From an uncultured archaeon (GTDB lineage Archaea > Thermoproteota > Nitrososphaeria > Nitrososphaerales > Gagatemarchaeaceae), in contig CAWFOU010000007.1 of NCBI GenBank assembly GCA_963817525.1, positions 832,001 to 896,000 on the forward strand: a DNA stretch of 64,000 bases, written 5' to 3'. The notes beneath the pieces are model-generated. The model made no database searches. It was given only the letters and a program-made list of their open reading frames with translations, and was not told the origin of the DNA. The position numbers and the translations under genes were made by a program. Every line of letters begins with the position of its first letter. Within the stretch, counting starts at the first letter, position 1. Shown piece by piece: positions 38,792 through 48,996 of the stretch.

Positions 38792-41716
38792 TCACTGGCT
38801 TACGAAGTACCTGCGCTTGAGGGCCTCCCTCTCGCCCTCTATCACGCAGTCGATTAGGTCCATGCCCGCCTCCTTCCTCTTCTTCAGGAGCGCCGAGACC
38901 TCGGACAGCCTGATCCCCCTCCCCGCGATCAGGTAGAGCGCGTCGTCCCCGAACTCGTTCTTGATTTGCGCCGACCTCTTAAGGTTCTCGAGGACCTTCT
39001 GCGCCTTGCCGTGCATCTGGAGCCTGCTCCTCGCCTTGAGGGTCGCCCCGAAGACCGCCTCGTACGACTCCGTCGTGTACCCTATCGTGTCCTTCCTTCC
39101 GCACCGGGGGCACCTCTCCGCCCCGCCGTCCCCGACCCGCCTCAGCTCGACGTACTCCAAGCAGTTCGTGCAGGCCGCCACGAGGAAGCTCTCCCTGATC
39201 CTCGCCTCCGTCGACTGGCGGATTATCGCCCTGAGCCTCTCTGGCGAGACTATCTCCCCCCTCCTGCTCACCTCCTCCAGCCCTATCCTCGCAATAGGGG
39301 ACGGCGCCCCCTCTGGCTCGAGGACCACTATCTCGATCTCGTTCCCCTGGATCTGCGAGACGATGGCCTCCGCGGCCGCCACGTCAAAGTCGTCGTGGAA
39401 TATCACGCTGAGCGCCTCGTCGTAGACGGGCGTCCCCCTGAGGGCCTCCATCAGCCCGGAGATAGAGACGCTCGCAAAGTCGGCCTCCTTGGCTATCGCG
39501 CCACACTTCTTCGCCACGTGGATCAGGCGGCGCTTGAATATCCCCGACCTCTCCACGGCGGCCCGGGCGAGCTCCTTCATGTCCTTCCCGGCGAGCTCCC
39601 GGATGACCGTCTCCACCAGCCTCGGCGACGTGTCAACCTCGAGGATTATCCTGTAGGGGTCCTGGTGGACCGCGACGGACTGCCCCATCCGCTCGGAGAT
39701 GATGTGCGCGACCACCCGGGCGAGGAGCCTGTTCACCTTGTGCCCGAAGGTCGCCTGGATCACGACGTACTTGTCCCACTTCTCTATCGTGACGAGCCTG
39801 TCTGAGGGGACCGCGAAGCCGAGCGAGGCCTGCTCCTTCACCTCGCTCAGCGAAAGCGTGATGGCCCCTACGTCCACCGGGTAGCGCTCGCGGAGGGACT
39901 CGATGACGGCCTGCTCCCCTCGCCCTCCCGCCCCGAGCGCCTCGGCGTACTCTCTCCTTATCGCCCCGACCTCGAGCGCGACGGGGAGCGGGACGGGTAT
40001 CTCGTCTCCCACCCAGCTGGGGACCGCGCCCGTCGGGTCCTCCTCGGGGGCGACGTAGACCTTGTTCCCGTAGATCTCCAGTATCTTCCAGCACCTCCCG
40101 GCCTCGACGAACTTCACACCTATCTCGCCGTACTCCGAGACGAACGCCTCGTCGAGGACCCCTATCGCCCTGTCCCCCTCGGCGACGACGATGTACTGCT
40201 TCTCGTCGGGTATCATGGAGAGGTTCTCGAAGTAGAACTCGAAGAGCGGCTTGAAGTCCTTCGCCCGCTTGACTATCCCGTCGTTCTCAGTGAAGAAGAG
40301 GAGGCGCGGGTACCTGTCGCGCATGTAAGTGAGGTAGCCCTTCAGCGTCTCGATGCTGAGCGTCGAGTAGGGGTACGTCCTCCTGAGGAGGGCGTAGATG
40401 TCCTCCAGCCTCCACGAGCTAGACTCGATCAGCAGGCCGGATATCTGGTGTATCGCAGCATCGGCCGCGTTGCGGAAGGGGAGGAGCGGCTCGAGCTCCC
40501 CCCGGAGAGACTTCCTGCACAGGACCATCGCCTCGAGCGTGTCATCCGAGTCCTGGGTGATTATCATCCCCTTTGAGATCAAGCCGATCGAGTGCCCAGC
40601 CCTCCCTATGCGCTGGATGAGCCTGGAGACCTGGCGCGGCGAGTTGTACTGGATGACGCAGTCGAGGAACCCGATGTCGATCCCCAGCTCGAGGCTGCTC
40701 GTGCAGATCACCCCTGAGAGCTTGCCCTCCCTGAGGCTCCTCTCGGTCGCCTCCCTGGTAGCCCTGGATAGGGAGCTGTGGTGTATCCCGATGGGGAGCC
40801 TCTCGTTCCAGACCCTGAACCTGTTGGCGAGGGCCTCCGCCTCGGACCTCGTGTTGGTGAATATCAGCGTCGACCTGTTCTGGTCGACCGTGTCCCGGAT
40901 CGTCCTGAGCCTGGCCGCCACCTCGGGGAAGGTGAAGATGCTCTCCGCGAGCGCGACGTCCTCGGCCTCGGGTTGGGGCCTGACCACGGAGAGCTGGAGC
41001 ATCTTCTCCACGGGGACCCTCACTATCTCACAGTCCCTCCCCTCCCCCACCAGGAACTTGCCTATGGTCTCCGGGGAGCCTATCGTGGCCGAGAGCCCGA
41101 CGAGCTGGAACTCCCTCCCCACCACGCGCCTGAGCCTCTCCAGGGCTATCGAGAGCTGGCTCCCCCTCTTGTCCTCGGCCAGCTCGTGGATCTCGTCGAC
41201 CACCACCCACCTGAGCTTCGTCAGCCCGTCCCTGATCCTCCTCCCGGTGAGGAGCGCCTGGAGGGTCTCCGGCGTGGTGATGAGTATGTCGGGCGGGACC
41301 ATGCTCTGACCTGCCCTCTCCCGGGCCCCTGTGTCGCCGTGCCTGACCCCGAGCCTGATGTCGAACCTCTTGCACCACCACTGCATCCTCTCGAGCATGT
41401 CCCTGTTGAGAGCCCTGAGCGGCGTGATGTAGAGGAGCTTGATCCCGCTCGTCCGCGCCAGGCCGTTCCTGATCATGTTGTCAAGGATGGGGAGGAAGGC
41501 CGCCTCCGTCTTGCCCGTCCCCGTCGGCGCCATGAGGAGCGCGTTGTGGCCCTCCGCGACGAGCGGGACGAGCCTCATCTGAGGGTCGGTGGGGGTGCTG
41601 AACCCCCTCTCCTCAAGGGCCTTCAGGAGCGGCGGGGAGAACAGCCTCTGGAAGACGTTGCCCTGGTCGCCACTGGGCGCCTTCTCTGTGAGACTAGCCT
41701 CAGGTGTGCCGGACAT
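38792..41716 (-). CDS. lhr: Lhr-family SF2 helicase
   Basis: APTGTGKT, PLRALNRD, DEIH, SAT, HHSSLS, QRIGRAGH, VPSWVG, C-terminal zinc finger. Confidence 0.93.
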   Translation of the reverse strand: MSGTPEASLTEKAPSGDQGNVFQRLFSPPLLKALEERGFSTPTDPQMRLVPLVAEGHNALLMAPTGTGKTEAAFLPILDNMIRNGLARTSGIKLLYITPLRALNRDMLERMQWWCKRFDIRLGVRHGDTGARERAGQSMVPPDILITTPETLQALLTGRRIRDGLTKLRWVVVDEIHELAEDKRGSQLSIALERLRRVVGREFQLVGLSATIGSPETIGKFLVGEGRDCEIVRVPVEKMLQLSVVRPQPEAEDVALAESIFTFPEVAARLRTIRDTVDQNRSTLIFTNTRSEAEALANRFRVWNERLPIGIHHSSLSRATREATERSLREGKLSGVICTSSLELGIDIGFLDCVIQYNSPRQVSRLIQRIGRAGHSIGLISKGMIITQDSDDTLEAMVLCRKSLRGELEPLLPFRNAADAAIHQISGLLIESSSWRLEDIYALLRRTYPYSTLSIETLKGYLTYMRDRYPRLLFFTENDGIVKRAKDFKPLFEFYFENLSMIPDEKQYIVVAEGDRAIGVLDEAFVSEYGEIGVKFVEAGRCWKILEIYGNKVYVAPEEDPTGAVPSWVGDEIPVPLPVALEVGAIRREYAEALGAGGRGEQAVIESLRERYPVDVGAITLSLSEVKEQASLGFAVPSDRLVTIEKWDKYVVIQATFGHKVNRLLARVVAHIISERMGQSVAVHQDPYRIILEVDTSPRLVETVIRELAGKDMKELARAAVERSGIFKRRLIHVAKKCGAIAKEADFASVSISGLMEALRGTPVYDEALSVIFHDDFDVAAAEAIVSQIQGNEIEIVVLEPEGAPSPIARIGLEEVSRRGEIVSPERLRAIIRQSTEARIRESFLVAACTNCLEYVELRRVGDGGAERCPRCGRKDTIGYTTESYEAVFGATLKARSRLQMHGKAQKVLENLKRSAQIKNEFGDDALYLIAGRGIRLSEVSALLKKRKEAGMDLIDCVIEGEREALKRRYFVSQ

Positions 41717-41766
41717 CTGCAGGTATCAACTGGCCTGTTTCCTTGGTTGCCTAACTACGTTTCGAG

Positions 41767-43464
41767 TCAGAAGGCCGCCTTCTCGCCGGGCACCATGCAG
41801 ACGGCGCCCTTGGACGAGGAGCCCACGAGCTCCGCGTACTTTGCGAAGACGCCGTGCTTGTACTTTATCGGGTGGGGCTTCCACGCCTTTCTCCGGGCGG
41901 CGAGCTCCTTGGGGGAGACCTCGACCTTGAGCGACCTCTTCGCCACGTCTATCGAGACGATGTCGCCGTTCTTCAGGAGCCCTATTGTCCCTCCCACCTG
42001 GGCCTCCGGGGCGACGTGCCCCACCATGAACCCATGCGTGGCGCCGGAGAACCTCCCGTCCGTCAGGAGCGCGACGGAGTCCTTCAGCCCCTGCCCCACC
42101 AGGGCGGCGGTGACCACGAGCATCTCGCGCATCCCTGGCCCGCCCTTGGGTCCCTCGTAGCGGACCACCACGACGTCGCCCGGCTTGATCTTCTTCTCGA
42201 TTATCGCCTGGCGCGCGTCCTCCTCCCTGTCGAAGACCTTCGCAGGCCCGCGGTGGAAGTTCCTCGTCGACCCCGCGGTCTTGAGCACCCCGCCCTCGGT
42301 GGCCAGGTTCCCCTTGAGGATGGCGAACCCGCCTGACTTCCTCACAGGGTTGGAGATGGGATGGATGACGTCCTGCCCCGTGGGGAGCTTCACGCCGCTC
42401 ATCCTCTCGGATATCGTCTCACCGGTGACCGTCCGGGCGTCGCCGTGCAGCAGGCCTGCGTCGAGGAGCTGCTTCATCACGAGCTTGACGCCGCCGACGC
42501 GGTCCACGTCAGACATCACGTACTTTCCGGCCGGACGGAGGTCCGCCAGCTCCGGGACTCCCGCCCCCAGCCTGTCAAAGTCGTCTAGAGTCAGCTTCAC
42601 GCCAGCCTCGTAGGCGATGGCGAGGAGGTGGAGGACGGCGTTGGTGCTCCCGCCCATCCCCGCGACGACCGAGATCGCGTTCTCGAACGCGTCCCTCGTC
42701 AGGACGTCGCGGGGGCGCGTGTTGCTCTCGAGCGCCTTCATCGCCGCCCATCCTGTCTCGTAAGCGACCTTCTTTCGCGTCTCGCTCGGGGCGACCGGCG
42801 CGGCGCTGTTCGGGACCGTCAGGCCTATCGCCTCCAGGGCGGAGGCCATCGTGTTGGCCGTGAACATCCCTCCGCAGGCCCCGTAGGTCGGGCAGGCGAC
42901 GCACTCGAGGTCCCTGAGCTGAGAGACGGTCATGGTCCCCCTTGAGACCTGCCCCATCGCCTCGAAGACGTCCTGGATCGTGACCTCCTTCCCGTTGAAC
43001 TCCCCGGGCGGGATGCTCCCGCCGTAGAGGTAGACACCGGGGAGGTTGACCCGCGCAAGAGCCATCGCGGAGGCGGGCTGCGTCTTGTCGCATCCCCCTA
43101 TGGTGACCAGGCCGTCGAACTGGTACCCTACGGCGCAGAGCTCTATGGAGTCCGCGATGACCTCCCGGCTGATGAGAGAGGCCTTCATCCCCTCGGTCCC
43201 CATCGCTATCGCGTCGTTGATCGCTATCGAGTTGAACTCCAGGGGCGTCCCTCCGGCGTCTCTCACGCCCTTCTTCACCTCGACCGCCAGCTCCCTGAGG
43301 TTGTAGTTGCAGGGCTGGGCCTCGATCCAGGTGTTCGCGATCCCGATTATCGGCTTGTCAAAGTCCTCGTCGGTCAGGCCGATGGCGCGCAGCATCGCCC
43401 TCTGGGGTGTCCTCTCGATGCCCGCGGTGAGCCTGGCGGGGTGTCCCTTCGCAACTTTTTGCAA
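41767..43464 (-). CDS. ilvD: Dihydroxy-acid dehydratase
   Basis: CDKTQP, CGGMFTANTM, GGSTN, GPKGGPGMREM, TDGRFSG. Confidence 0.96.
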   Translation of the reverse strand: MQKVAKGHPARLTAGIERTPQRAMLRAIGLTDEDFDKPIIGIANTWIEAQPCNYNLRELAVEVKKGVRDAGGTPLEFNSIAINDAIAMGTEGMKASLISREVIADSIELCAVGYQFDGLVTIGGCDKTQPASAMALARVNLPGVYLYGGSIPPGEFNGKEVTIQDVFEAMGQVSRGTMTVSQLRDLECVACPTYGACGGMFTANTMASALEAIGLTVPNSAAPVAPSETRKKVAYETGWAAMKALESNTRPRDVLTRDAFENAISVVAGMGGSTNAVLHLLAIAYEAGVKLTLDDFDRLGAGVPELADLRPAGKYVMSDVDRVGGVKLVMKQLLDAGLLHGDARTVTGETISERMSGVKLPTGQDVIHPISNPVRKSGGFAILKGNLATEGGVLKTAGSTRNFHRGPAKVFDREEDARQAIIEKKIKPGDVVVVRYEGPKGGPGMREMLVVTAALVGQGLKDSVALLTDGRFSGATHGFMVGHVAPEAQVGGTIGLLKNGDIVSIDVAKRSLKVEVSPKELAARRKAWKPHPIKYKHGVFAKYAELVGSSSKGAVCMVPGEKAAF

Positions 43465-43628
43465 GAAAATCCGAACGCACGCGACTCCGGAGTTTTATAA
43501 GCGTAGCCGTGCGACAGCCGAAATGAGCGGGCCTCGCCCCATCTGAGACGGTCCGGGTCGCGCCGCCCCTCCTGCAGAGCGGCATCCCAAACTTATATCA
43601 TGTAGCGCAGACGGTTGGCGCGAAACAC

Positions 43629-44630
43629 ATGGCAAGGATGTGGCACGACGACGACGTCAGTTTGGGGCCGATAAAGGGCGAGACCATCGCGGTCATCGGC
43701 TACGGCATCCAGGGCGCTGCTCAGGCGAGCAACCTGCGCGACTCCGGGCTCAAGGTGGTCGTGGGGCTCCGCGAGGGAGGGAAGAGCTGGTCCAAGGCCC
43801 AGAGCGAGGGGCACAAGGTCATGACCGTGCCCGAGGCCGTGAAGATCGCCGACATCGTCCACGTCCTGATTCCCGACATGGAGCAGGCCCGCATCTACAA
43901 GCAGGAGATCAAGCCCAACTTCCGGAAGGGCGCCGCGCTCTCTTTCTCGCACGGCGCGGCCATCCACTGGAGGTGGATAGTCCCTCCAAAGCAGTCCGAT
44001 GTGATAATGGTCGCGCCCAAGTCTCCCGGGCAGAGGGTCAGGGAGCTCTACCTCGAGAACTTCGGGACCCCGTCGCTGGTGGCAGTGGAGCAGGACTACA
44101 CCAAGAGGGCATGGGAGAGGATCCTAGGCATGGCGAAGGGGATCGGCTCGACCCGCCCGGGCATCCTCCAGACCACCTTCAAGGAGGAGGTCGAGAGCGA
44201 CTGGTTCGGCGAGCAGGTGGACCTCTGCGGAGGGGTCGAGAGCATGGTCACCAAGGCGTTCGAGACCCTCGTCGAGGCCGGCTACCAGCCCGAGATCGCC
44301 TACTTCGAGACCCTCCACGAGCTGAAGCTCATCGTCGACCTCGTCCAGAAGTACGGGATATCAGGGATGTATCGCAGGGTCAGCGAGACGGCGCGCTACG
44401 GCGGTCTCACGCGAGGGCAGAGGGCAATCGGCCCGGACGTGAAGAAGGGGATGAAGAAGGACCTGAAGGAGATCCAGGACGGGACCTTTGCCAAGGAGTG
44501 GGTGAGCGTTTACAACAAGGAGGGCCAAAAGTCCTTCCAAAAGTACATGGACAAGCTCGAGGCCCATCAGATCGAGAAGGTCGGCAAGAAGCTCCGGAAG
44601 ATGATGTGGCCCAACGACATCGTGAACTAG
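43629..44630 (+). CDS. ilvC: Ketol-acid reductoisomerase
   Basis: IGYGIQG, APKSPG, GEQVDLCGG, AYFETLHE, SETARYG. Confidence 0.96.
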   Translation: MARMWHDDDVSLGPIKGETIAVIGYGIQGAAQASNLRDSGLKVVVGLREGGKSWSKAQSEGHKVMTVPEAVKIADIVHVLIPDMEQARIYKQEIKPNFRKGAALSFSHGAAIHWRWIVPPKQSDVIMVAPKSPGQRVRELYLENFGTPSLVAVEQDYTKRAWERILGMAKGIGSTRPGILQTTFKEEVESDWFGEQVDLCGGVESMVTKAFETLVEAGYQPEIAYFETLHELKLIVDLVQKYGISGMYRRVSETARYGGLTRGQRAIGPDVKKGMKKDLKEIQDGTFAKEWVSVYNKEGQKSFQKYMDKLEAHQIEKVGKKLRKMMWPNDIVN

Positions 44631-44835
44631 GCTTCTAGGCCACAGAGCGAGGACGGCCAGGGAGTCTCCGCCCGACTGGCTCAGACGGGACGATTCTCCT
44701 TGATAGACGGATTGCACCCATGTGGGTTCAGAGCGTTAATAGTGCCTTTCAGAGTCTGAATCCAGAGGAGGGTCGACCGCCTCGAACAAGACTTCCGCCA
44801 TCGTTCTCCTCGGAGTTCTGATTTGGGTCTCAGGC

Positions 44836-45525
44836 GTGACACTGCCGCCTCGCGACGTCCGTGGCCAAGGCACAAGCTACACCCTGGGCAGCGGAAGCCA
44901 GGGCGCCTTGGAAGCGAGCACCCTCCAATGCGCGGACATCGGAGGGTCGTGGTCCAACGCGACGGTCACTTGCACGGTCAGCGGCACGGGGGCCGTCCCC
45001 CCGGGGGTTTCGTTGGAGATTGACCTCAAGGCAGGGCTGGTGATAGGGGAGGGCGCCACCTTCAACAACTCTGGCATCATCGAAGACAACGGCAGTATCA
45101 CAGTCTCCGGCACTCTGACGAACAACTTCGGCGCCATCATCACCGTATCCGGCACCCTTACGAACAACTCCGGCGGCAGCATTACCAACGACGGCGAGTT
45201 TACCAACGACTCGAGCGGCATAACAATCAACTCTGGCGCCCTCAGCAACACAGCCGGCGGCACGATTTCCAACTCCCGCGACTTCTACAACCTGGGCGCT
45301 ATCGCCAACTCCGGCGCCTTTGCGAGCAGTTGTCTCGTCCGGCTAGATGAGAGCGGGACGTTCACGAGCGTCCCGCCCGTGTCGTGCGGGAGTACTTCCG
45401 CATCCTCTCAATCGGCATCGGCCGGCCCCTCGTCGAACCACCTCGACCTTGATGCCGCACTGGTGGTCGTGGTAATCGTGGCGCTGGCCCTCGTGTTGCT
45501 GCGGGGCGGCATCAAGAAGAAGTGA
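44836..45525 (+). CDS. Surface protein with Asn/Gly/Thr beta-helix-like repeats and C-terminal TM anchor
   Basis: Repeated ITVSGTLTNN; C-terminal hydrophobic helix plus KKK; an in-frame signal-like stretch lies upstream of the called start. Confidence 0.65.
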   Translation: MTLPPRDVRGQGTSYTLGSGSQGALEASTLQCADIGGSWSNATVTCTVSGTGAVPPGVSLEIDLKAGLVIGEGATFNNSGIIEDNGSITVSGTLTNNFGAIITVSGTLTNNSGGSITNDGEFTNDSSGITINSGALSNTAGGTISNSRDFYNLGAIANSGAFASSCLVRLDESGTFTSVPPVSCGSTSASSQSASAGPSSNHLDLDAALVVVVIVALALVLLRGGIKKK

Positions 45526-45630
45526 AGGGGCTCAGGCCTGCTTCGGCCCTTTGCGAGAGCTCTTTCACCGATAGCCTCGAAAAGGCAGAGCTTTATTACG
45601 CCAAGGCCCCTCTCCCCAAGGGAGACCCAT

Positions 45631-45861
45631 TTGATATCCGCCTGCATCTTGATTAGGACGGAGAGAGGAAGGATGGAGGAGCTCGCGAAGAAGCTCAGCC
45701 AGATACCCGAGATCAAGAGGGCGTTCCCCGTCCTCGGCCGATACGACATCGTAGCCGACGTCGAGGCCGCCAACGGCAAGCAGCTCGCGCGCGCCGTGAC
45801 CAAGACCATGAGGCTCGGCGGGATCGTGTTCACCGAGACGCTCCCGGAGGTCGAGGAGTGA
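45631..45861 (+). CDS. Stand-alone Lrp/AsnC ligand-binding (RAM) domain protein
   Basis: ACILI..GRYDIVA..TETL; no HTH. Confidence 0.85.
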   Translation: MISACILIRTERGRMEELAKKLSQIPEIKRAFPVLGRYDIVADVEAANGKQLARAVTKTMRLGGIVFTETLPEVEE

Positions 45862-46089
45862 ATGGCGCTCAACGCCTGCATCCTGATCAAGACCACCCCG
45901 CTCGACGCGGAGGACGTCCTTCAGAAGACGAGGAAGATCAAGGGCGTAAGGAAGGCCTTCCTCGGCTATGGGCGATACGACATCATCGCGTTCGGCGAGG
46001 GCCCCGGCTATCCTGAGATACGCAAGATATCCGAGCTCATCAACGAGATAGGCGGGGTCCGCAGCACCGAGACCCTGGTCGAAGGCTGA
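45862..46089 (+). CDS. Stand-alone Lrp/AsnC ligand-binding (RAM) domain protein, paralogue
   Basis: ACILI..GRYDIIA..GVRSTETL. Confidence 0.85.
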   Translation: MALNACILIKTTPLDAEDVLQKTRKIKGVRKAFLGYGRYDIIAFGEGPGYPEIRKISELINEIGGVRSTETLVEG

Positions 46090-46095
46090 GCGGAC

Positions 46096-47305
46096 CTAGA
46101 CCAGCATCTCTGCGCGCAGGAGCTTCGGGTCCTGGATGACCGAGATTATCCTGTTGACGAACCTGGCGGCGTAGGCGCCGTCCAGGATCCTGTGGTCGAA
46201 GCTCAGCGATAGGAACATCACCTCTCTAGCCTCGATCTTTCCGTCCCTCACGACCGCCCTCTTCGATATCTTGTGCGTCCCTAGTATCGCCGACTCTGGG
46301 TAGTTGATTATCGGCGTCGCGAACAGAGCCCCCCACCGAGCCCTGGTTGGTGACCGTGAACGTCGACCCGTGGACGTCATCGAGGGTGAGCCCGCCTGAC
46401 CTCGCCTTGGCCGCGAGCTGCTGTATCTCGACGGCTATCTGGAAGACGTCCTTCTTGTCCGCGTCCTTCACGACCGGGACCACAAGCCCACCCTCGGTGT
46501 CTATCGCAATCCCGATGTTGAAGCTCCTCTTGAGCACTATCTCCCCGGCCTGGTCGTCTAGGGAGGCGTTGGTGTACGGGAACTCCTTCAGCGCGGGGAT
46601 CACGGCCTTGATTATCAGCGGGAGGAAGGTGAGCTTCACGCCACGATTCTCCCCCTCTGCCTTGAGGGCGTCTCTGAGCGCGACCAACTCGGTCATGTCT
46701 GCCTCGTCTACATGGGTAACCTGGGCCGTGGTGCGGATTGACTTGGACATGCGCTCGGCGACGATCTTCCGCAGGCCCCTGAGAGGAACCCTCTCCTGGT
46801 TCGCCGCCGCTGCAGGGGTAGTGGCCATTACTGTGCGCTGCGCTCCGCCAGAGGCCTTCCTCACGTCGTCCTCCGTTATCCTGCCCATCGAGCCGGGCCC
46901 ACGAACCCTCGCGATGTCGACCCCCAACTCCCGGGCGAGCCTCCGGGTCGCGGGTGTCGCCAACACCCCCTCAGCGGAGGCGGGGCCAGGCTGCTGCGTC
47001 TGGGCCTGCTGCGTGGGGGACGACGCGAGCCGAGAGGCGGTCTCTACTGGCCTGGGACTAGCCTGGTCCGCGCTCCCCGATTCTATTACCAAGATAACCT
47101 GCCCGACCTTCACGGTCTCGCCCTCTTTGGCCAGGATCCTAGTGACAGACCCTGTCCAGGGGGACGGAATCTGGACGTTGACCTTGTCGGTCATAACCTC
47201 GACGAGGGGTTGCTCCTCAATGACCTTGTCTCCCTCCTTGACGAGCCACTTCAGGATCTCTCCCTCGGCGATGCCTTCTCCTATGTCAGGTAAACGGAGA
47301 TCCAT
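46096..47305 (-). CDS. 2-oxoacid dehydrogenase E2 dihydrolipoamide acyltransferase (1-nt frameshift near 46330, probably an assembly indel)
   Basis: Lipoyl domain EVMTDKV, E3-binding ATPATRRLAREL; catalytic DHRILDG lies in the next frame after a G run. Confidence 0.88.
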
Positions 47306-47357
47306 CCCAATCAAGGTGAGTGGGATGGGTGTTTAAAAGAAGTTCATGGCTATTGCC

Positions 47358-48022
47358 ATGTTGGCGAAGGACAGTCTCACCGAAAATGGACGGCTTTCCG
47401 CCGACTCAATTAGGACGAGAGGGTACTCGACCTGGGAACAGGTTGCCGGCTATTTCGATGGAGATGGTTCTCCGAAGGTTCATGTCATGTCTTCACTATG
47501 AACGTGGAGGTTTCCTGGTCTGACAAGGATGTGGAAATATTAGAACATCTCAATGCATTCTTGCGGACCTATGGTGTCTTTGGGGTATTGGGCAAGTTTA
47601 GGACTGGTGAGAGGCTCTATTACGAGTTAAGCGTCTCAGAAGGGCATAACGCCCTCAACGCGATGAAGATGATGCTGCCTCACCTCGATAAGAAGTGGTC
47701 CCAAGTCCGAGGTGCGGTAGATTACCTGGAGAATCGGATTACTGGAGACGTATTCATTCAAATCCTCAACGAGGCTGTTCGCACGAAGAAGAGGTCGTCG
47801 AACCTGGTCACTCGCAGCATGCCCTACACGAAGAGTCAGGGCAAGAGAATGCGCGGAGATAGACCACATCTGCGATTGTTGACAAGAAACCAAGTCGTTG
47901 TCATTAGGCACCAGAAAGAAACACTTGGCATGTCTTACAGGGAGTTGGGCGAGATTTATGGGGTACACCCCTCCACGATATTCCTTTCCCTCAGGAGATA
48001 CACTTGGACCGATATCGACTAG
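47358..48022 (+). pseudogene. Free-standing single-motif LAGLIDADG endonuclease with C-terminal HTH, frameshifted near 47490
   Basis: TWEQVAGYFDGDGS in the upstream frame, continuing as VEVSWSDKD..GMSYRELGEIYGVHPSTI; AT-richer; antisense inside the E1b-E2 cluster. Confidence 0.72.
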
Positions 48023-48996
48023 TAGCTTGCAGCCTTTCTAATAGCTCTGAGCACCCTTTCGGGGGACGGCAAGTAGGTGTTCTCGAGCGCGTAGGGGAAC
48101 GGCGCGTCGAACCCGCCGAGCCTCACTATCGGGGCCTGGAGCGAGTCGATGGCTCGCTCGGCTATCTGCGCCGCGACCTCCCCGCCGAAGCCGGATATCT
48201 TGGTGGCTTCGTGCGCCACGACCACCCTCCCCGTCTTCTTCACCGAGGCGAGGACGGTCTCGATATCGAAGGGCATCAGCGTCCTCATGTCGATGAGCTC
48301 CACTGAGACGTTCTCCTTGGCGGCAAGGTCTGCGGCCGCCCTGCAAGTGTGGACCATCGCCCCCCAGGTCACCAGGGTGACTCCCGTTCCCTCCCGCAAG
48401 ACCTTCGCCTTGCCGAAGGGTATCGCAAACTCCTCCTCTGTGGGCAGCTCCTCTTTCACCGTGCGGTAGACGCGCTTCGGCTCGAGGAACATGACCGGGT
48501 CGGAGCCCCGCATCGCCGTGCGGAGGAGCCCCATCGTGTCCGTGGGCGTCGAGGGGGTCGCGACATACAGACCGGGCGTGTGGGTGAAATAAGCCTCCGT
48601 GCTCTGAGAATGGTAGAGCCCACCCTTGATGCCCCCTCCGCTGGGTGCCCTGATCACCACATGGGCGACGCAATGGCCGCCGGACCTGTATCTCAGCTTC
48701 GCCAGCTCGCTTACTATCTGGTTGAATCCGGGATAGATGAAGTCGAGAAATTGGATCTCCACTACGGGCTCGAGCCCGTTGATTGCCATGCCGATCGCGG
48801 TCCCAATGATCCCGTCCTCCGCGATAGGCGTGTCGATGACCCTCTCGGGGCCGAACTCGTTGAGCAGGCCAGCGGTCGCCCTGAAGACCCCGCCGTCCTT
48901 GCCGATGTCCTCACCGAGGAGGACGACGTTGCCGTTCCTCCGCATCTCCGTTCTTAGGGTCTCGTTCACACTCTGGACGATGTTAGAGAGCGTCAA
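48019..48996 (-). CDS. 2-oxoacid dehydrogenase E1 beta subunit
   Basis: GEDIGKDGGVFRAT, DTPIAE, EIQF, YHSQS. Confidence 0.95.
   Translation of the reverse strand: MTLSNIVQSVNETLRTEMRRNGNVVLLGEDIGKDGGVFRATAGLLNEFGPERVIDTPIAEDGIIGTAIGMAINGLEPVVEIQFLDFIYPGFNQIVSELAKLRYRSGGHCVAHVVIRAPSGGGIKGGLYHSQSTEAYFTHTPGLYVATPSTPTDTMGLLRTAMRGSDPVMFLEPKRVYRTVKEELPTEEEFAIPFGKAKVLREGTGVTLVTWGAMVHTCRAAADLAAKENVSVELIDMRTLMPFDIETVLASVKKTGRVVVAHEATKISGFGGEVAAQIAERAIDSLQAPIVRLGGFDAPFPYALENTYLPSPERVLRAIRKAASY

Noticed and set aside
40398-44638. Long antisense or alternate-frame ORFs (for example 40778-42160 and 43640-44638; similarly 61458-62984 and 3153-4250)
   Set aside because: Shadow ORFs expected from high GC3 codon usage of the real genes
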